The notes beneath the pieces are model-generated. The model saw only the letters and a program-made list of their open reading frames with translations, did no database searches and had not been told where the DNA came from. 64,000 nt of DNA, taken from positions 29,053 through 93,052 of the IMG/VR virus record IMGVR_UViG_3300032250_000449. One strand, given 5' to 3'. Within the stretch, counting starts at the first letter, position 1. Each line of letters opens with the position of its first letter. Source of the DNA: a virus (lineage: Duplodnaviria > Caudoviricetes). The translations under genes and the position numbers were made by a program. Below are positions 39,501 to 49,505 of the stretch, piece after piece.

Positions 39501-40980
39501 ATTTGGTATTAAGTATGAATTGGTCTAAAACATAATTACCAGCAGTTTCATATTGACGCTGAGAAATATAGTTACCAATTTTATTGTAGACTGTCTGACG
39601 GTTTTGTTTATATGGTTGGCCGCCGCTAAATTCTGCAATGTATAAGAAGTCTTCACGTAGATCAGCTTCAGCCTTTGTCAACTTGACAAGCTTTGGTGTT
39701 AATTGTAGACGATTAGCACCGGGAGCAGCATAGTTAGGTGCGCCAGTTGCATTGTCAAGCAGTGATGTATCTTGGTTAGAGTTAATTATTGCTTCATTAG
39801 TTTCAAACCCAACTGAAATTGCATCAGGAGAATTAGAATATTTTTCAACCACAACTAATTCAGGAGCAACACGTGAGAAGTATCCTTTCTGATAGATAAC
39901 ACCTTCACCAACAGTTATAGCATATCCAGAACCAACCGGCAATTCAGCAGCACCAGCAATTGTAACTCGTGTCAAAAAGTTTTGTGCTGTAAAGCTGGCG
40001 ATTGAAATTTGTTGTGCTGGTGCAGTTTTAGATACAATACCAATATAAGGAGTGACATAATAACCACTTCCTTTTTGAGATACATTTACGCCTTTAATAA
40101 CGCCTAGAGAACCAAGTGTGAGCGAAGCCTTTGCTCCACTACCAACAATACCAGCAACAGTGGCAACACTCGATGGAATTGCGCCTATTGACTGCACGCT
40201 ACTACCAACACTAAATGTCCACTTAGACGAATCACCAGCACTAAGATCAGCAGCGATTGGTTTGATTTTAATGATTACAACTTCAGTGTTTGATGTGGTG
40301 TCAATTCCAATAATCTGACAGTTTGCAGTACCATCAGAAATATAATCGTCAACAACAAAATTGTTTGCAAAAGTTGTACCAAATGTACTATTTTGAACAG
40401 CAATAGCACTAACAATAGCAACACTATCGCCCGTCGAGAACCCTTGTGCGCCGTTATTTACATCAATCTTTTCGATTACATTGTCTGGATCATATACAGT
40501 TAACACTTCATCTGGATTAAACTTAAGCTGTTCAATACTACCGCCCATACCATCAGAATTAAAACCTGAATTAACATATTTAATGTATAGAGTGTTAAGG
40601 TCTGGTGAGCGAGATTCATAACCAGAAGCAGTAGTAACAATCGTACCAACAAGAGGAATAATATTATCTGGTGGCGAGTTCTTTACATTATAACCGTTGT
40701 ATTTTGCTACTTCAACAGGTGTCTGATCAGTTTCAGCATCTTTAATCTTGATGTATTGAAAATCATTATTAAAGATGATATCACAACCATCAATAATTGT
40801 ACCAGACTTGAAGATATTATCACCAAATCTTTCGATCTGCTTTTGAAGAATTGTTTGAAGTTGATTTAATTCACGAGCCTGAACAGATACGCCGGGACGA
40901 AACAGGATTTTGTAGAAATCCTTCGTCTCGTTGTAATCGTCAAAATATGGTGAAACACTTAAGTCTGTTTGAATGCTCAT
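36538..40980 (-). CDS. VrlC/DUF4815-like large baseplate protein, N-terminal portion
   Basis: TDLSVSPYFDDY...FYKILFRPG.SVQARELNQLQTILQKQIERFG, APGANRL, YTMEQIGKLEKRIKDLEYYTSLSL, DRFKFGFFVDGF. Confidence 0.85.
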   Translation of the reverse strand: MSIQTDLSVSPYFDDYNETKDFYKILFRPGVSVQARELNQLQTILQKQIERFGDNIFKSGTIIDGCDIIFNNDFQYIKIKDAETDQTPVEVAKYNGYNVKNSPPDNIIPLVGTIVTTASGYESRSPDLNTLYIKYVNSGFNSDGMGGSIEQLKFNPDEVLTVYDPDNVIEKIDVNNGAQGFSTGDSVAIVSAIAVQNSTFGTTFANNFVVDDYISDGTANCQIIGIDTTSNTEVVIIKIKPIAADLSAGDSSKWTFSVGSSVQSIGAIPSSVATVAGIVGSGAKASLTLGSLGVIKGVNVSQKGSGYYVTPYIGIVSKTAPAQQISIASFTAQNFLTRVTIAGAAELPVGSGYAITVGEGVIYQKGYFSRVAPELVVVEKYSNSPDAISVGFETNEAIINSNQDTSLLDNATGAPNYAAPGANRLQLTPKLVKLTKAEADLREDFLYIAEFSGGQPYKQNRQTVYNKIGNYISQRQYETAGNYVLDQFILNTKSPSTLASEATQFNAYIDPGVAYINGKRVSTNNNYEISVDKGTDYYVANPATISLNYGNYITVNEFSGNFQFNNGDLVTLHKTAYQYYTYNGGVGRVGSVPSAPDTAVGTARIRSVVYDSGTIGSASGTYRVYLFDINLTVGTNFSDIRSIFYDGTNKGIADIVLENGKAVLKDNDTSSLIFYAGNPAVKKANNVSYIRRTADTQTLATTGQMAISLADGTFPYTGTLNSVQERDVIVTPLASFRRGTNLAGTITSVTTSNVINGSSTNFVNQINAGDFLTSGSNYIGQVSYVANATQLFLSSNAATDITGGTYTLMFPKNVPISFNRSDRTMVVSGSNQLLTVTMNMTTNVEVQAAVSYNVKSSATAVAKTVNRNKYVRLDANTNVAANTGPWALGVPDVFRLNKVYKANANTTYVPTHAIAEDVTQHFYVDHNQNEDFYGISYLVKKPNSGLSIASDDVLLTSVDYFSVTSEGVKVGGASGTYLINDGISLGESSSTINTLEIPEVYGNRGAYYDLRDQFDFRPYSNKTATPNTSPSLAPINPLEPTAALRFANTTNKLFPAPDSQLTSTVEYYQGRIDRVVIDETNEFHIIKGQVGTNIEPPQPDNALTINLLSVPPYPSVPYQLSAQTVSFVDTKIANEKYTAKRLDNYRIKTTLSEGDRLISQPRGYTMEQIGKLEKRIKDLEYYTSLSLTESLAQKRVIPSFDGTDRFKFGFFVDGFEDYKYADLSNPAYRATIVDGYLSPPLDEINIITESPDSTLELPYNEILLTGQTRATDGPVVATPQVPTLTQTIVSVVQNERNRANGDNSPYVYEEFFYTFSSLAGPVEFYINSKNNNVAAEFFQSKTSDGPWISIKSSASAAAITDADIITRQLNLNDGRNIEHTGSLERMNYGPVGYFLEDQFKILFTHDPSKGQYYKVRVYKGERHHAFWRGGKEGTFGYKLIYPSDTDINMVVRDPYINYIQSHSNYFGGGYTFPFKNNQNV

Positions 40981-41789
40981 TAATAGTTTTCTCTTCTTTT
41001 TTTAGATTCTTTAGATGAAACCGAAACAAATTGCCATGTCTCTATTGGGCCAATTTTCTGACTATCAAAAAATTCCTTAGACACACGAATATTTATACCA
41101 TCTTTAGTAGTAACCGCAACGGTGCCTTTATGCTTGCCAGCACTATTTTCTGACATTTTAATAAGCGATTCGCTGCTATGTTTACGCCCTTTATTATACA
41201 TTGATATTTTCTTTTTATGCTCTTCTGTGAGCGGCGGCTTTGGTTTTCCTGTATGTTTTTTTGAAATCTTTTTACGTGTTTCGTCAGAAACATCACGCCC
41301 CATTAAAGATAAAGAAATTTTTGCCTTTGTATCATCACTATGTTTATAATTTTTCATTACTATTTTTTGTCGTTCTCTAGCATGATCGGTAAAACACTTG
41401 CCTTCTATAGCTCTTTGTTTAGCCTTTTTAGAAATTTTTTCTCTTCTATGTGGTGATTGAGATATTTTTTGCCCCACATTTAATCTATTTTTGTCGTTTG
41501 TAGACCAATGACCATTTAAATGTCGTGTTAAATTATAGTAATTAACACCGAGTTCCTTTTCCGATATCATTTCAAGCCATTTATATTCTTCAGTCAATAA
41601 ATCTTTTCGATTGCTATAGATTCTGCGTAATATACGTCTCTTAAAGTCTGATGGCCTTCTTTTATATGAATTTCTCATCCAACGAGAAGAACATACATAT
41701 CCATCGTCTTCAGTTCCCCAATGAGAACCTATATAATATCTTTTATTTTTACGATCAAACCAGATGTATACAAACCCATATTTTTCCAT
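40980..41789 (-). mobile_element. Free-standing Seg-like GIY-YIG homing endonuclease with NUMOD3 repeats
   Basis: GFVYIW...YYIGSHWG..DDGY..SS, YYN; repeats HSDDTKAKIS, VSDETRKKIS, LTEEHKKKIS, HSSESLIKMS. Confidence 0.9.
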
Positions 41790-41792
41790 TTT

Positions 41793-41818
41793 AATAACTC
41801 CTAAAGAAGTTATTTAGT
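41793..41818 (-). promoter_or_regulatory. RBS-sequestering hairpin overlapping a late-promoter variant ACTAAATA
   Basis: Minus strand AATAACTTC-TTTA-GGAGTTATT hairpin (41793-41814) contains the GGAG SD; ACTAAATA at 41811-41818 overlaps the 5' arm. Confidence 0.75.
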
Positions 41819-41831
41819 AAAAGTGGTACTT

Positions 41832-43886
41832 CTAGAATTCTAATACAAGCTTGACAACTTCTGTCTGGTTGATATTACGTGTAATTGGGTTTAGATTTTC
41901 TATATAAAGGATTTCACCACTATCTGGGATGAGTTCTCCATTATATTTATTCGACACAATAAAGTATGAATCTGAAGAATTTCCTCTAATTATTCCATCA
42001 CTTCCATCAGCAGTAGTTAAAAATGTGTTTTTTACATTTGTTACATACATAGTATCATCAAGGCCACCAATACTATCAATAATAGAATGAAAACTTGCTT
42101 GTGGTTGAGAATATCCAGAAGCACCTTCTTGAACAACAATTTCATCGTCAACAAAACCAGAAACACTTACACTACCAACAAATTTTGTTAGTTGATTAAA
42201 ACTCTTGAATTCATCAGCGTCTCTTTCATTAATAAAAACAGATGGTACGGCAGATGTATTAGCAACAGCAGTACAAAAAGATTCCTCACCAATCATGTTT
42301 TTACCAATGCTTAGGTTTTTTGATGATACATTAGTCAAATTTAATCTATTTGTGGTATACGAAGAAACAGTACCATACAAATCGGTTTCAATTAAACTAA
42401 TAGAACAATTTGAACCAACAAAACTTGAAGATGAAATGACACTTAATACGTTATTAGAAATTATTCCACTTACAGTAGCAAAGAAATTGGACGATCCATC
42501 ATTGATAATAATTTTATCGTCTTGTCTTAATGTTTCTTCAAAGTCTACCCCAGAAGAATATACGATATTATTAGCACCTACATCTACTGTTCCATGTAGC
42601 TTGATTGGTTTATAACGATATACATTCTCATCAATAATAAACTGACCTACAGTCTTTGAAGAATCGAGTAGAACACTAACATTAGCAAATAACGGGTCTT
42701 TGATAATACCCACAGTTCTATAATCATTATCAATAGATAATGGAATCTCATCACCAATAAAATAACTGTTGATGCCGACATATCTAGCAAATAGTTCGTT
42801 GTTTATACTAGCTCCATGACCGCCTTCAGGAGACATAATCACTCTTAAAGCAGCAGAAATAGTAACAGGAACTATTGAATTTATCTCAATAGTTGCAGTA
42901 GCTGAACGATATCCAGAGCCAGAATTAAGAATTTCTATTTTACTGATAGAATTGGCGCTGGTAGGATCAACGATAGCACGAGCAAAACAATCAGTTATCT
43001 TGGTTCCGCTTGTGTCGTAAATGAATACGTTTGGATATATCTCATATGTATCACCCGGTTTAACATTACCAGAAAATGCAGACTGAATTGTAATAATTTT
43101 TTTATTAGTGTTACTATCAAATCGATAATCAGTAATTACTTTATAATCATCTTTGGCTTCACCAGATGTTATTTTTATAATACATCCATTATAAAAATTG
43201 TCAAGACTAGAAGCACTCAATCCAATACCATAAAGAAGAGAATTTTCACCAATACGAACACTTTCAAATTCACCTTCAGGGATGTAGTTATCATATCCCC
43301 TACCAGCATCAGTAACTGCAATAACTTCAATAGCTCCTGATATAGCACTATCAGTGACTGTACGATCAATAACCACAGGCATATAATCAACTGTTGAAAA
43401 CTTGTTCATTGTAAATTCATCAACAGAAAACATATACTTCCAAATATAACCATCGCTTGGAGTTTCAAATTGACTAGGAGATGTTTCAGAAGGTTCTACT
43501 GTTGACTTAGCACCATAATTGTTAAATAAGCACTTATACACACGAGTATATGTACCAGCATTCACTGCGACATAAAATTTTTTGTCTGATAGATTGTCTT
43601 CAATATCATCGTACATGTCATATACAGTATCAACAGTCCAATCATAACGACGAATCATATTAGTCACGTCATTATACTTTACTTTTTTACCAAATATCAT
43701 ATCATTGTAGATATCAATATTAGTCTTTGTTGTGTCTGTCGGTAGCGGAACTATCTCATCTCCTCCATCGTATGGAGTGTGTTTTGCCGCAAATACGTAA
43801 TAACTCGAATTAGTCTGCACATTGCGCACAAACGTTTCGGCTGCTTCGACATTGAGTTTTTTTGTGATAATTTGTTTTGTGATCAT
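41832..43886 (-). CDS. gp8: Baseplate wedge subunit with inserted domains
   Basis: IRRYDW...YDMY, VYKCLFNN.GA.ST.EP, DGYIWKYMF, SGEILYIENLNPITR..NQTE.VKLVLEF. Confidence 0.9.
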   Translation of the reverse strand: MITKQIITKKLNVEAAETFVRNVQTNSSYYVFAAKHTPYDGGDEIVPLPTDTTKTNIDIYNDMIFGKKVKYNDVTNMIRRYDWTVDTVYDMYDDIEDNLSDKKFYVAVNAGTYTRVYKCLFNNYGAKSTVEPSETSPSQFETPSDGYIWKYMFSVDEFTMNKFSTVDYMPVVIDRTVTDSAISGAIEVIAVTDAGRGYDNYIPEGEFESVRIGENSLLYGIGLSASSLDNFYNGCIIKITSGEAKDDYKVITDYRFDSNTNKKIITIQSAFSGNVKPGDTYEIYPNVFIYDTSGTKITDCFARAIVDPTSANSISKIEILNSGSGYRSATATIEINSIVPVTISAALRVIMSPEGGHGASINNELFARYVGINSYFIGDEIPLSIDNDYRTVGIIKDPLFANVSVLLDSSKTVGQFIIDENVYRYKPIKLHGTVDVGANNIVYSSGVDFEETLRQDDKIIINDGSSNFFATVSGIISNNVLSVISSSSFVGSNCSISLIETDLYGTVSSYTTNRLNLTNVSSKNLSIGKNMIGEESFCTAVANTSAVPSVFINERDADEFKSFNQLTKFVGSVSVSGFVDDEIVVQEGASGYSQPQASFHSIIDSIGGLDDTMYVTNVKNTFLTTADGSDGIIRGNSSDSYFIVSNKYNGELIPDSGEILYIENLNPITRNINQTEVVKLVLEF

Positions 43887-43936
43887 AACTTATATTTATG
43901 TCTCTTAAAAGGGTTGTACAGTATTTATTATTAAAA

Positions 43937-46900
43937 TTAACCTCTAGTATCAATAAAGCTAGAGCTACCAAGAGTTCCACGATCCATAACATAAACGCTG
44001 CTACGGTCTTGAATGGCAAGAGGTGAAACTGGTAGCACCTCAAAAAATGAGTTGGCAATACGAATATTATTATTTGAAACAGTATCGATAACAACTGTAC
44101 CAAATAAACGAGTGCCAGAAACATGCATTACCTTTTTAAACATATCGACATACTTATCTAGGGGTAATCTGGACATAACATCGTATGAATATTCTTGATA
44201 GTAATCGCCATCATGAATCTTTGAGATGCTACTTAGAAACCCCTTTGAAGTCTTATAATATCCACTACCAGTACCAGAACCACTTACGATAGCACGTGCT
44301 GTGCCTGTTCGTGTGCCGTCCTCAGACGTATACACGAGTGTTTGATTGTTACTATACCCGTATCCAGAATCAACCACCTGTAGGTTCGTTATAACACCAT
44401 CTGCTCCATATGTAGAAGCATCAATATGTGCATTGAAACCGATTGGTTGTCTGGTATATTCTTCTATTTGAATTAAGTTGGCAGTAATACCAGTCGAACT
44501 ACCTGTTAGTATTTTATTTAATTGAAAATTGTTTTCATATTGTTGTCTTTTAACATATACGGTGTTGGCACTAACTGCAATAACTTGACCTTTAGCAATA
44601 ACTGTATTTCCATAAGAAGCAACACTTATCACATTTGATGTACTTGTTGATGTACTATAACTATAAATGTTTTTGCTTGATAAACCAGAAGTAGCAAATA
44701 CACCATTTGACACTTTATTTACAACAATAACATTTGATGTAGGATATTCTACTGCAAATACAGTTCCTACTGCACCTGTTGTATTTTGATATATTCTTTC
44801 GCCAACTCTAAATGCTTGTGGATTTCCTACTGTCATGTTGTAGCGCAAATCATCAAATGTTTGAGTTACTTGCTCACCAACAATATATTGGTTGGTTGCA
44901 TTCTTTACAGTAAATACATAATCATTGTAAAGATAATTCGCAACATATGGCTGATATGCTTTGGTTATAGGAGAAGCAACATAGTTGTCGCCGGGATTGA
45001 GATCAGATAGAGTGCTGATTGTACCAATAGAAAGATTAGCAAAACTTAGACACGAGAAGATCGAAGACGAAAGATTACCACTTGGTCTTTGTTTAAATCC
45101 AAATGCAAGAGAATTTAATGGAAGTGAAAGAAATGATTGATTTGCTCCCACAGTAGGACTATTATTACTGTTGATTAAATCAGAGTTAACTTCAATTTTT
45201 TCAACTTCAGTAATTTTACCAACTTTAAAAGAGGCACCACTTCCAACAGAAACAGTTTCAACATCTGCTATTGTTCCTGTTTGACTACCAACAAGTTTTG
45301 AAAGCTTAGAAACATTATATCTATTTTGTGTATTATACACAGATACATAAACGTTTACTTTTGTTACTATAGCAGAAGTTCCTGTTTTTCCAGATACAAG
45401 TATTGGAAAATTATTCTTGAAAATTCCTCTCATATTAGACAATGTTAGAGTACCATTAGTAGTATTTAAACTAATATCATCGATTTTTGCTCTACCAATC
45501 TCAACACCCTCATTATTATACTGATAAATTTCATCATATTTACTAATAATTCCTACAATATTAATAATATTCATGGTGCCAGTAGTAGATACATCAAGAA
45601 CTCTACCCAATGCAGAGGAATCTGTTTTAGTTCCAACAGTGGCTATGATTTGTGCGTTACTTGGTTGATATATTTTATCGCCAACAGCAATGTTATAATT
45701 GTTAGATACAACCATAACAATCTCGCCATTACTGTAAATGTTCACACGATTTTCAACAATTTCAGCGTTAGCGACTCTAACATTATTATTTGAAATACTA
45801 ATTACATCACCAACGGCAAACTTAGTACCATCAGCAATTCCGGTATACTCGATAGTAGCACGATTTTGTTTTAGGTCTTCAAACACTTTATAATAACCGC
45901 TCAAATATGCTTCTTTAAAAGTTGGCTGTAGACTTGCACCGGCACCACCAGAGGTTGTAATCTGAACCTGATACTGACTTCCAAAGAAGCCGCCGCTCTG
46001 GGTCATTAAAGCAACATTTCTAATTGCTCCGCTAGTATTTGTTACCGGTCTAAGTTTGGCATTGCCATATAAAGATTTAATCGTAATAACATCACTATTA
46101 CTATATCCAGAACCAGCAGCTAAAACATTTACATCATTGATTGAATTAGATGTTTGTACGTTTGAAACCAATATTGTATGGTCTGTTATAAGAGATTGTG
46201 TTCTATTATTTGCTTCGTTTCCAACGATGCCGTGAGAAACAGAATATCCATATCCACCATCTATCAAAATAAAATCAACAACACCACGCTCATCATCATA
46301 AACAGCAGATACACGAGCCTGTCCATAATCACCAGTTTCTGTTGTGAAAGACACGATATCACCAACAGCAAAATTTTTCGATCCTGTAATTACATCAACC
46401 GCAGTCAGAGAACCTAGAACACGTGGAGAATCTGAATATGTTTTATCACTTTTACGATATAATGTTTCATTGTTTATAAATTCTCCTTGAACATTTGATA
46501 GATAGAGAATATGAACAAAACCATTGCTTACTTTTCTCTTGATATAACGTTCAACGAATGCTTCAGCCTCAGATGAAATACCTTTAATAAGAGTACCAAC
46601 GAGAGAAACGGCTCTTTGTGGATTGCTACCAGTAATTTCTAGGTAACGAGGCTGTACCCATGTTCCTTCAGATGGCTTGAATAAATTTTCGCCGGGATAT
46701 ACTACTTGACTATTATGTCCATATACTAGGCGGAAAAATAGATCGATTGAACGTGATGTACCCTTAGAACGATATAGATCAAGAGAATTTTTGACCAACA
46801 TACGCTTATTTGACTGTGTGTCAAATTCAATATTTTTTAGATATTTTTCTTTGAACTGTGTGATGAATAGATCGAGTGTTGTGTCAATATCACGAATATT

Positions 46901-47281
46901 TGGTAGATTGCGAGATAGGAATATGCTACCCAATCTCTTGGTAGCGCCTCCTCTTAAGATATAAGTATCACCACCACTTGAGCTTGTTATTGGAATGAGT
47001 TCTGAGCAGATATTAAAACACTTAAATGTTTCCAAGCCATCAACTTTAACAAGAATATCTGTTCCAACAAATGCAACGATTGTGCCTGTTACAACATCTT
47101 GTGTAACAACATCCCCAACATTAAAGTTGGTGTTATCTTCTAGTTGAAGTAATTGATGGTTCGTCTCAAGCCATTCATAATAGGCTTTGACGAATGCAAT
47201 AAAGTTCTGTCCCTCTTCCTTATAAAAGGAAGGAAACATGTTCTCAACTAATGGGGATATCTTTTGTTCAATATCTTGCAT
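43937..47281 (-). CDS. gp7: Baseplate wedge initiator
   Basis: FIAFVKAYYEWLE, LYRSKGTSRSIDLFFRLVYG, IHDGDYYQEYSY...HVSGTRLFG. Confidence 0.88.
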   Translation of the reverse strand: MQDIEQKISPLVENMFPSFYKEEGQNFIAFVKAYYEWLETNHQLLQLEDNTNFNVGDVVTQDVVTGTIVAFVGTDILVKVDGLETFKCFNICSELIPITSSSGGDTYILRGGATKRLGSIFLSRNLPNIRDIDTTLDLFITQFKEKYLKNIEFDTQSNKRMLVKNSLDLYRSKGTSRSIDLFFRLVYGHNSQVVYPGENLFKPSEGTWVQPRYLEITGSNPQRAVSLVGTLIKGISSEAEAFVERYIKRKVSNGFVHILYLSNVQGEFINNETLYRKSDKTYSDSPRVLGSLTAVDVITGSKNFAVGDIVSFTTETGDYGQARVSAVYDDERGVVDFILIDGGYGYSVSHGIVGNEANNRTQSLITDHTILVSNVQTSNSINDVNVLAAGSGYSNSDVITIKSLYGNAKLRPVTNTSGAIRNVALMTQSGGFFGSQYQVQITTSGGAGASLQPTFKEAYLSGYYKVFEDLKQNRATIEYTGIADGTKFAVGDVISISNNNVRVANAEIVENRVNIYSNGEIVMVVSNNYNIAVGDKIYQPSNAQIIATVGTKTDSSALGRVLDVSTTGTMNIINIVGIISKYDEIYQYNNEGVEIGRAKIDDISLNTTNGTLTLSNMRGIFKNNFPILVSGKTGTSAIVTKVNVYVSVYNTQNRYNVSKLSKLVGSQTGTIADVETVSVGSGASFKVGKITEVEKIEVNSDLINSNNSPTVGANQSFLSLPLNSLAFGFKQRPSGNLSSSIFSCLSFANLSIGTISTLSDLNPGDNYVASPITKAYQPYVANYLYNDYVFTVKNATNQYIVGEQVTQTFDDLRYNMTVGNPQAFRVGERIYQNTTGAVGTVFAVEYPTSNVIVVNKVSNGVFATSGLSSKNIYSYSTSTSTSNVISVASYGNTVIAKGQVIAVSANTVYVKRQQYENNFQLNKILTGSSTGITANLIQIEEYTRQPIGFNAHIDASTYGADGVITNLQVVDSGYGYSNNQTLVYTSEDGTRTGTARAIVSGSGTGSGYYKTSKGFLSSISKIHDGDYYQEYSYDVMSRLPLDKYVDMFKKVMHVSGTRLFGTVVIDTVSNNNIRIANSFFEVLPVSPLAIQDRSSVYVMDRGTLGSSSFIDTRG

Positions 47282-47284
47282 TCA

Positions 47285-49072
47285 TTATGCCCTGATAGCA
47301 ACTGCGGTTATATCAACGTCTTCTTCAACAATATTTAGGATAACATTATTGACGGTTGAAAGGTCTTTGTTCTTTGGAGAAGCATATATTTTAATACCAG
47401 AACCAACATAAGAATCTATTTTAAAATTAGAAAACTGCAATAATCCTGTAGTATAGTCTATATTTCCAACATCCTCAATAAATTGACCGGTTGTTGATGA
47501 GTATGCTTTTATGGTACTAATACCATCATCTTTCAATACTGCCTTAATACCTTTATAGTTAAATGGCGTTGAAGTAATTGAATATCCTTTACCGTCAGAA
47601 CTATAAATGATTCCTAATGGAATACGAAAATTAACGTCAAATGTCAATAGTGTATTAGTTTCTGGCGTGATTAGTTTGATAACATTAATATCAGTTTCAT
47701 TAGAGATGATTGATGCCTGTGAAGAATCAATAGCCTGTAACATTTTTGAATATCTGAATATACGATTAAAGTTATTAAGATTTTGTTGTGCATATCCAAT
47801 AATAGCAGATTTGGTAATTGTCTTGATATCTTCTATTGACAGACGTGTCACGTTTACGTTATAATTAATAACTGATTTAACCTGAATATAGGTGTACTCA
47901 GGGTTAACAAACACAGGATCAATTGAAACTGGCGAGCGTGGCTTCAAAAAGTTATAAAACTGATCAATTTTTACTTGTGGTAGACTGTCTACTTCATTAA
48001 GATCAACAGCAACAAACACCTTACCAAACTGTGGAGGATCAAGGTCTTCACCGCCATAGGCAGTAACGGCATTAACTTCAGGGAAATTAATTTTTAATAG
48101 CGTTTCATAGTCTTCTGTAGTAATAGCACGTTCTTGTGTATTAAAGTGACGTGGAGCATTATACTTAATTGATTCTATATTTTCGCTAATAGCACCGCCA
48201 GAAGCACTTTGATTGGTTACTATGGTAATATCTGTTTCATCGTCAATTGTTGTATCAGGAGTAAATGCGTTACATCCGTTAGGAAGTTCGCCGTTAGACA
48301 CACGATATTCTATAGTAATTACTGAATTATTTTTTGGCTTTCTACCACTAACACCATCACCAAATACTATTTCATAACTATCATTTTCTGCACCTTGCAC
48401 AAAAAATACCTGTGAAGAAGGATTGATATCAAATAATGACTGTGCTCTTGTGTAAACAAGAGTTGTTGCTCCAATATCTTCCATAACAGTTACTGTAATA
48501 GAAGAGGTATCCACGTTCTTATTAGAAATGATGAAACGTTGTGGATCATTTGAAGAGTATGTGTAGTTATCCGCTACATAATATCCTTCATAAATTGTAA
48601 TGTTCTTTCCAGTAAATGTTAGTTGTCTAAGATCAGAACTTTGTGTATAGTCAGATATTACAATATTTTCAGCAGTAGAGAATGTGAAGTTTCTAGGACC
48701 AAAACGTGATGTAAACGTATATCCTTTTGGAATAACCAAAGAACGCTTGTTTGTTATAGATGTATTGATTGATATATTTACATTAGCTTGTGCAGACTTG
48801 AATGAACGTGGAACATAATTAAGTTCTTTAGCATGAGATACCACACTATCACGAAGCTGTGCAGAATCAAGAAACATCTCGCTACCAATCATATTCAAGT
48901 AGAAAGCATTATGGAATGTATTATACGAAAGAATATCAAGAAGAACAGCCATGTTGCTGCCTTCGAAATCGTAATCTTTAAATCTATCTTGTGTCTTTAG
49001 ATAAGATTTGAATGTATTTTTGATCGTATCAAAGTCAAGACTTGATAGAACAATTGAAGAATTAGCTGACAT
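47285..49072 (-). CDS. gp6: Baseplate wedge subunit
   Basis: LDFDTIKNTFKSYL, DYDFEGSNM..LLDILSYNT, EMFLDSAQLRDSVVSHAKELNYVPRS, QERAITTEDY. Confidence 0.95.
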   Translation of the reverse strand: MSANSSIVLSSLDFDTIKNTFKSYLKTQDRFKDYDFEGSNMAVLLDILSYNTFHNAFYLNMIGSEMFLDSAQLRDSVVSHAKELNYVPRSFKSAQANVNISINTSITNKRSLVIPKGYTFTSRFGPRNFTFSTAENIVISDYTQSSDLRQLTFTGKNITIYEGYYVADNYTYSSNDPQRFIISNKNVDTSSITVTVMEDIGATTLVYTRAQSLFDINPSSQVFFVQGAENDSYEIVFGDGVSGRKPKNNSVITIEYRVSNGELPNGCNAFTPDTTIDDETDITIVTNQSASGGAISENIESIKYNAPRHFNTQERAITTEDYETLLKINFPEVNAVTAYGGEDLDPPQFGKVFVAVDLNEVDSLPQVKIDQFYNFLKPRSPVSIDPVFVNPEYTYIQVKSVINYNVNVTRLSIEDIKTITKSAIIGYAQQNLNNFNRIFRYSKMLQAIDSSQASIISNETDINVIKLITPETNTLLTFDVNFRIPLGIIYSSDGKGYSITSTPFNYKGIKAVLKDDGISTIKAYSSTTGQFIEDVGNIDYTTGLLQFSNFKIDSYVGSGIKIYASPKNKDLSTVNNVILNIVEEDVDITAVAIRA

Positions 49073-49494
49073 TACCTGATCCTGTCGAGTGTAATACTAA
49101 ATGAAATTGGGTCTTGTTTATTTATAATCAACACCACGAGGTTTACGAGATATCGATGGTTTTCTTCATCCGTCACTACATCTATCTTGAGAACCTTTGC
49201 ACGGGGTTCAAAATCTTTAATCGTCTGTTGAACAAATAAATTAATATTTTGTGCAGTAACGTAACCAATAGGTTCAAATAACATTTTTTGAATATCTGTT
49301 CCAATAGTTGGCTGATAAAGGCGATCAAACTTGTTGGTGAGTAGTAGATTACGAATAGAGCGAATAACAGCGTTTTCATTAACATACTTAACGATATCAC
49401 CAGAAACAGGATGTGGGTTTAGATCAGTAAGAAAGTCACTATATGCTTGACTATCTCTACTCATTGCTGCAAATCTATCGTTATTTTTAGCCAT
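49072..49494 (-). CDS. gp25: Baseplate wedge subunit (sheath initiator)
   Basis: YSDF, NENAVIRSIRNLLLT, LFEP, FEPRAKV. Confidence 0.93.
   Translation of the reverse strand: MAKNNDRFAAMSRDSQAYSDFLTDLNPHPVSGDIVKYVNENAVIRSIRNLLLTNKFDRLYQPTIGTDIQKMLFEPIGYVTAQNINLFVQQTIKDFEPRAKVLKIDVVTDEENHRYLVNLVVLIINKQDPISFSITLDRIR
49119..49126 (-). promoter_or_regulatory. Late promoter TATAAATA within gp25, upstream of gp6
   Basis: Exact consensus 46 nt upstream of the gp6 start. Confidence 0.65.
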
Positions 49495-49505
49495 CTATTT
49501 TCTCT

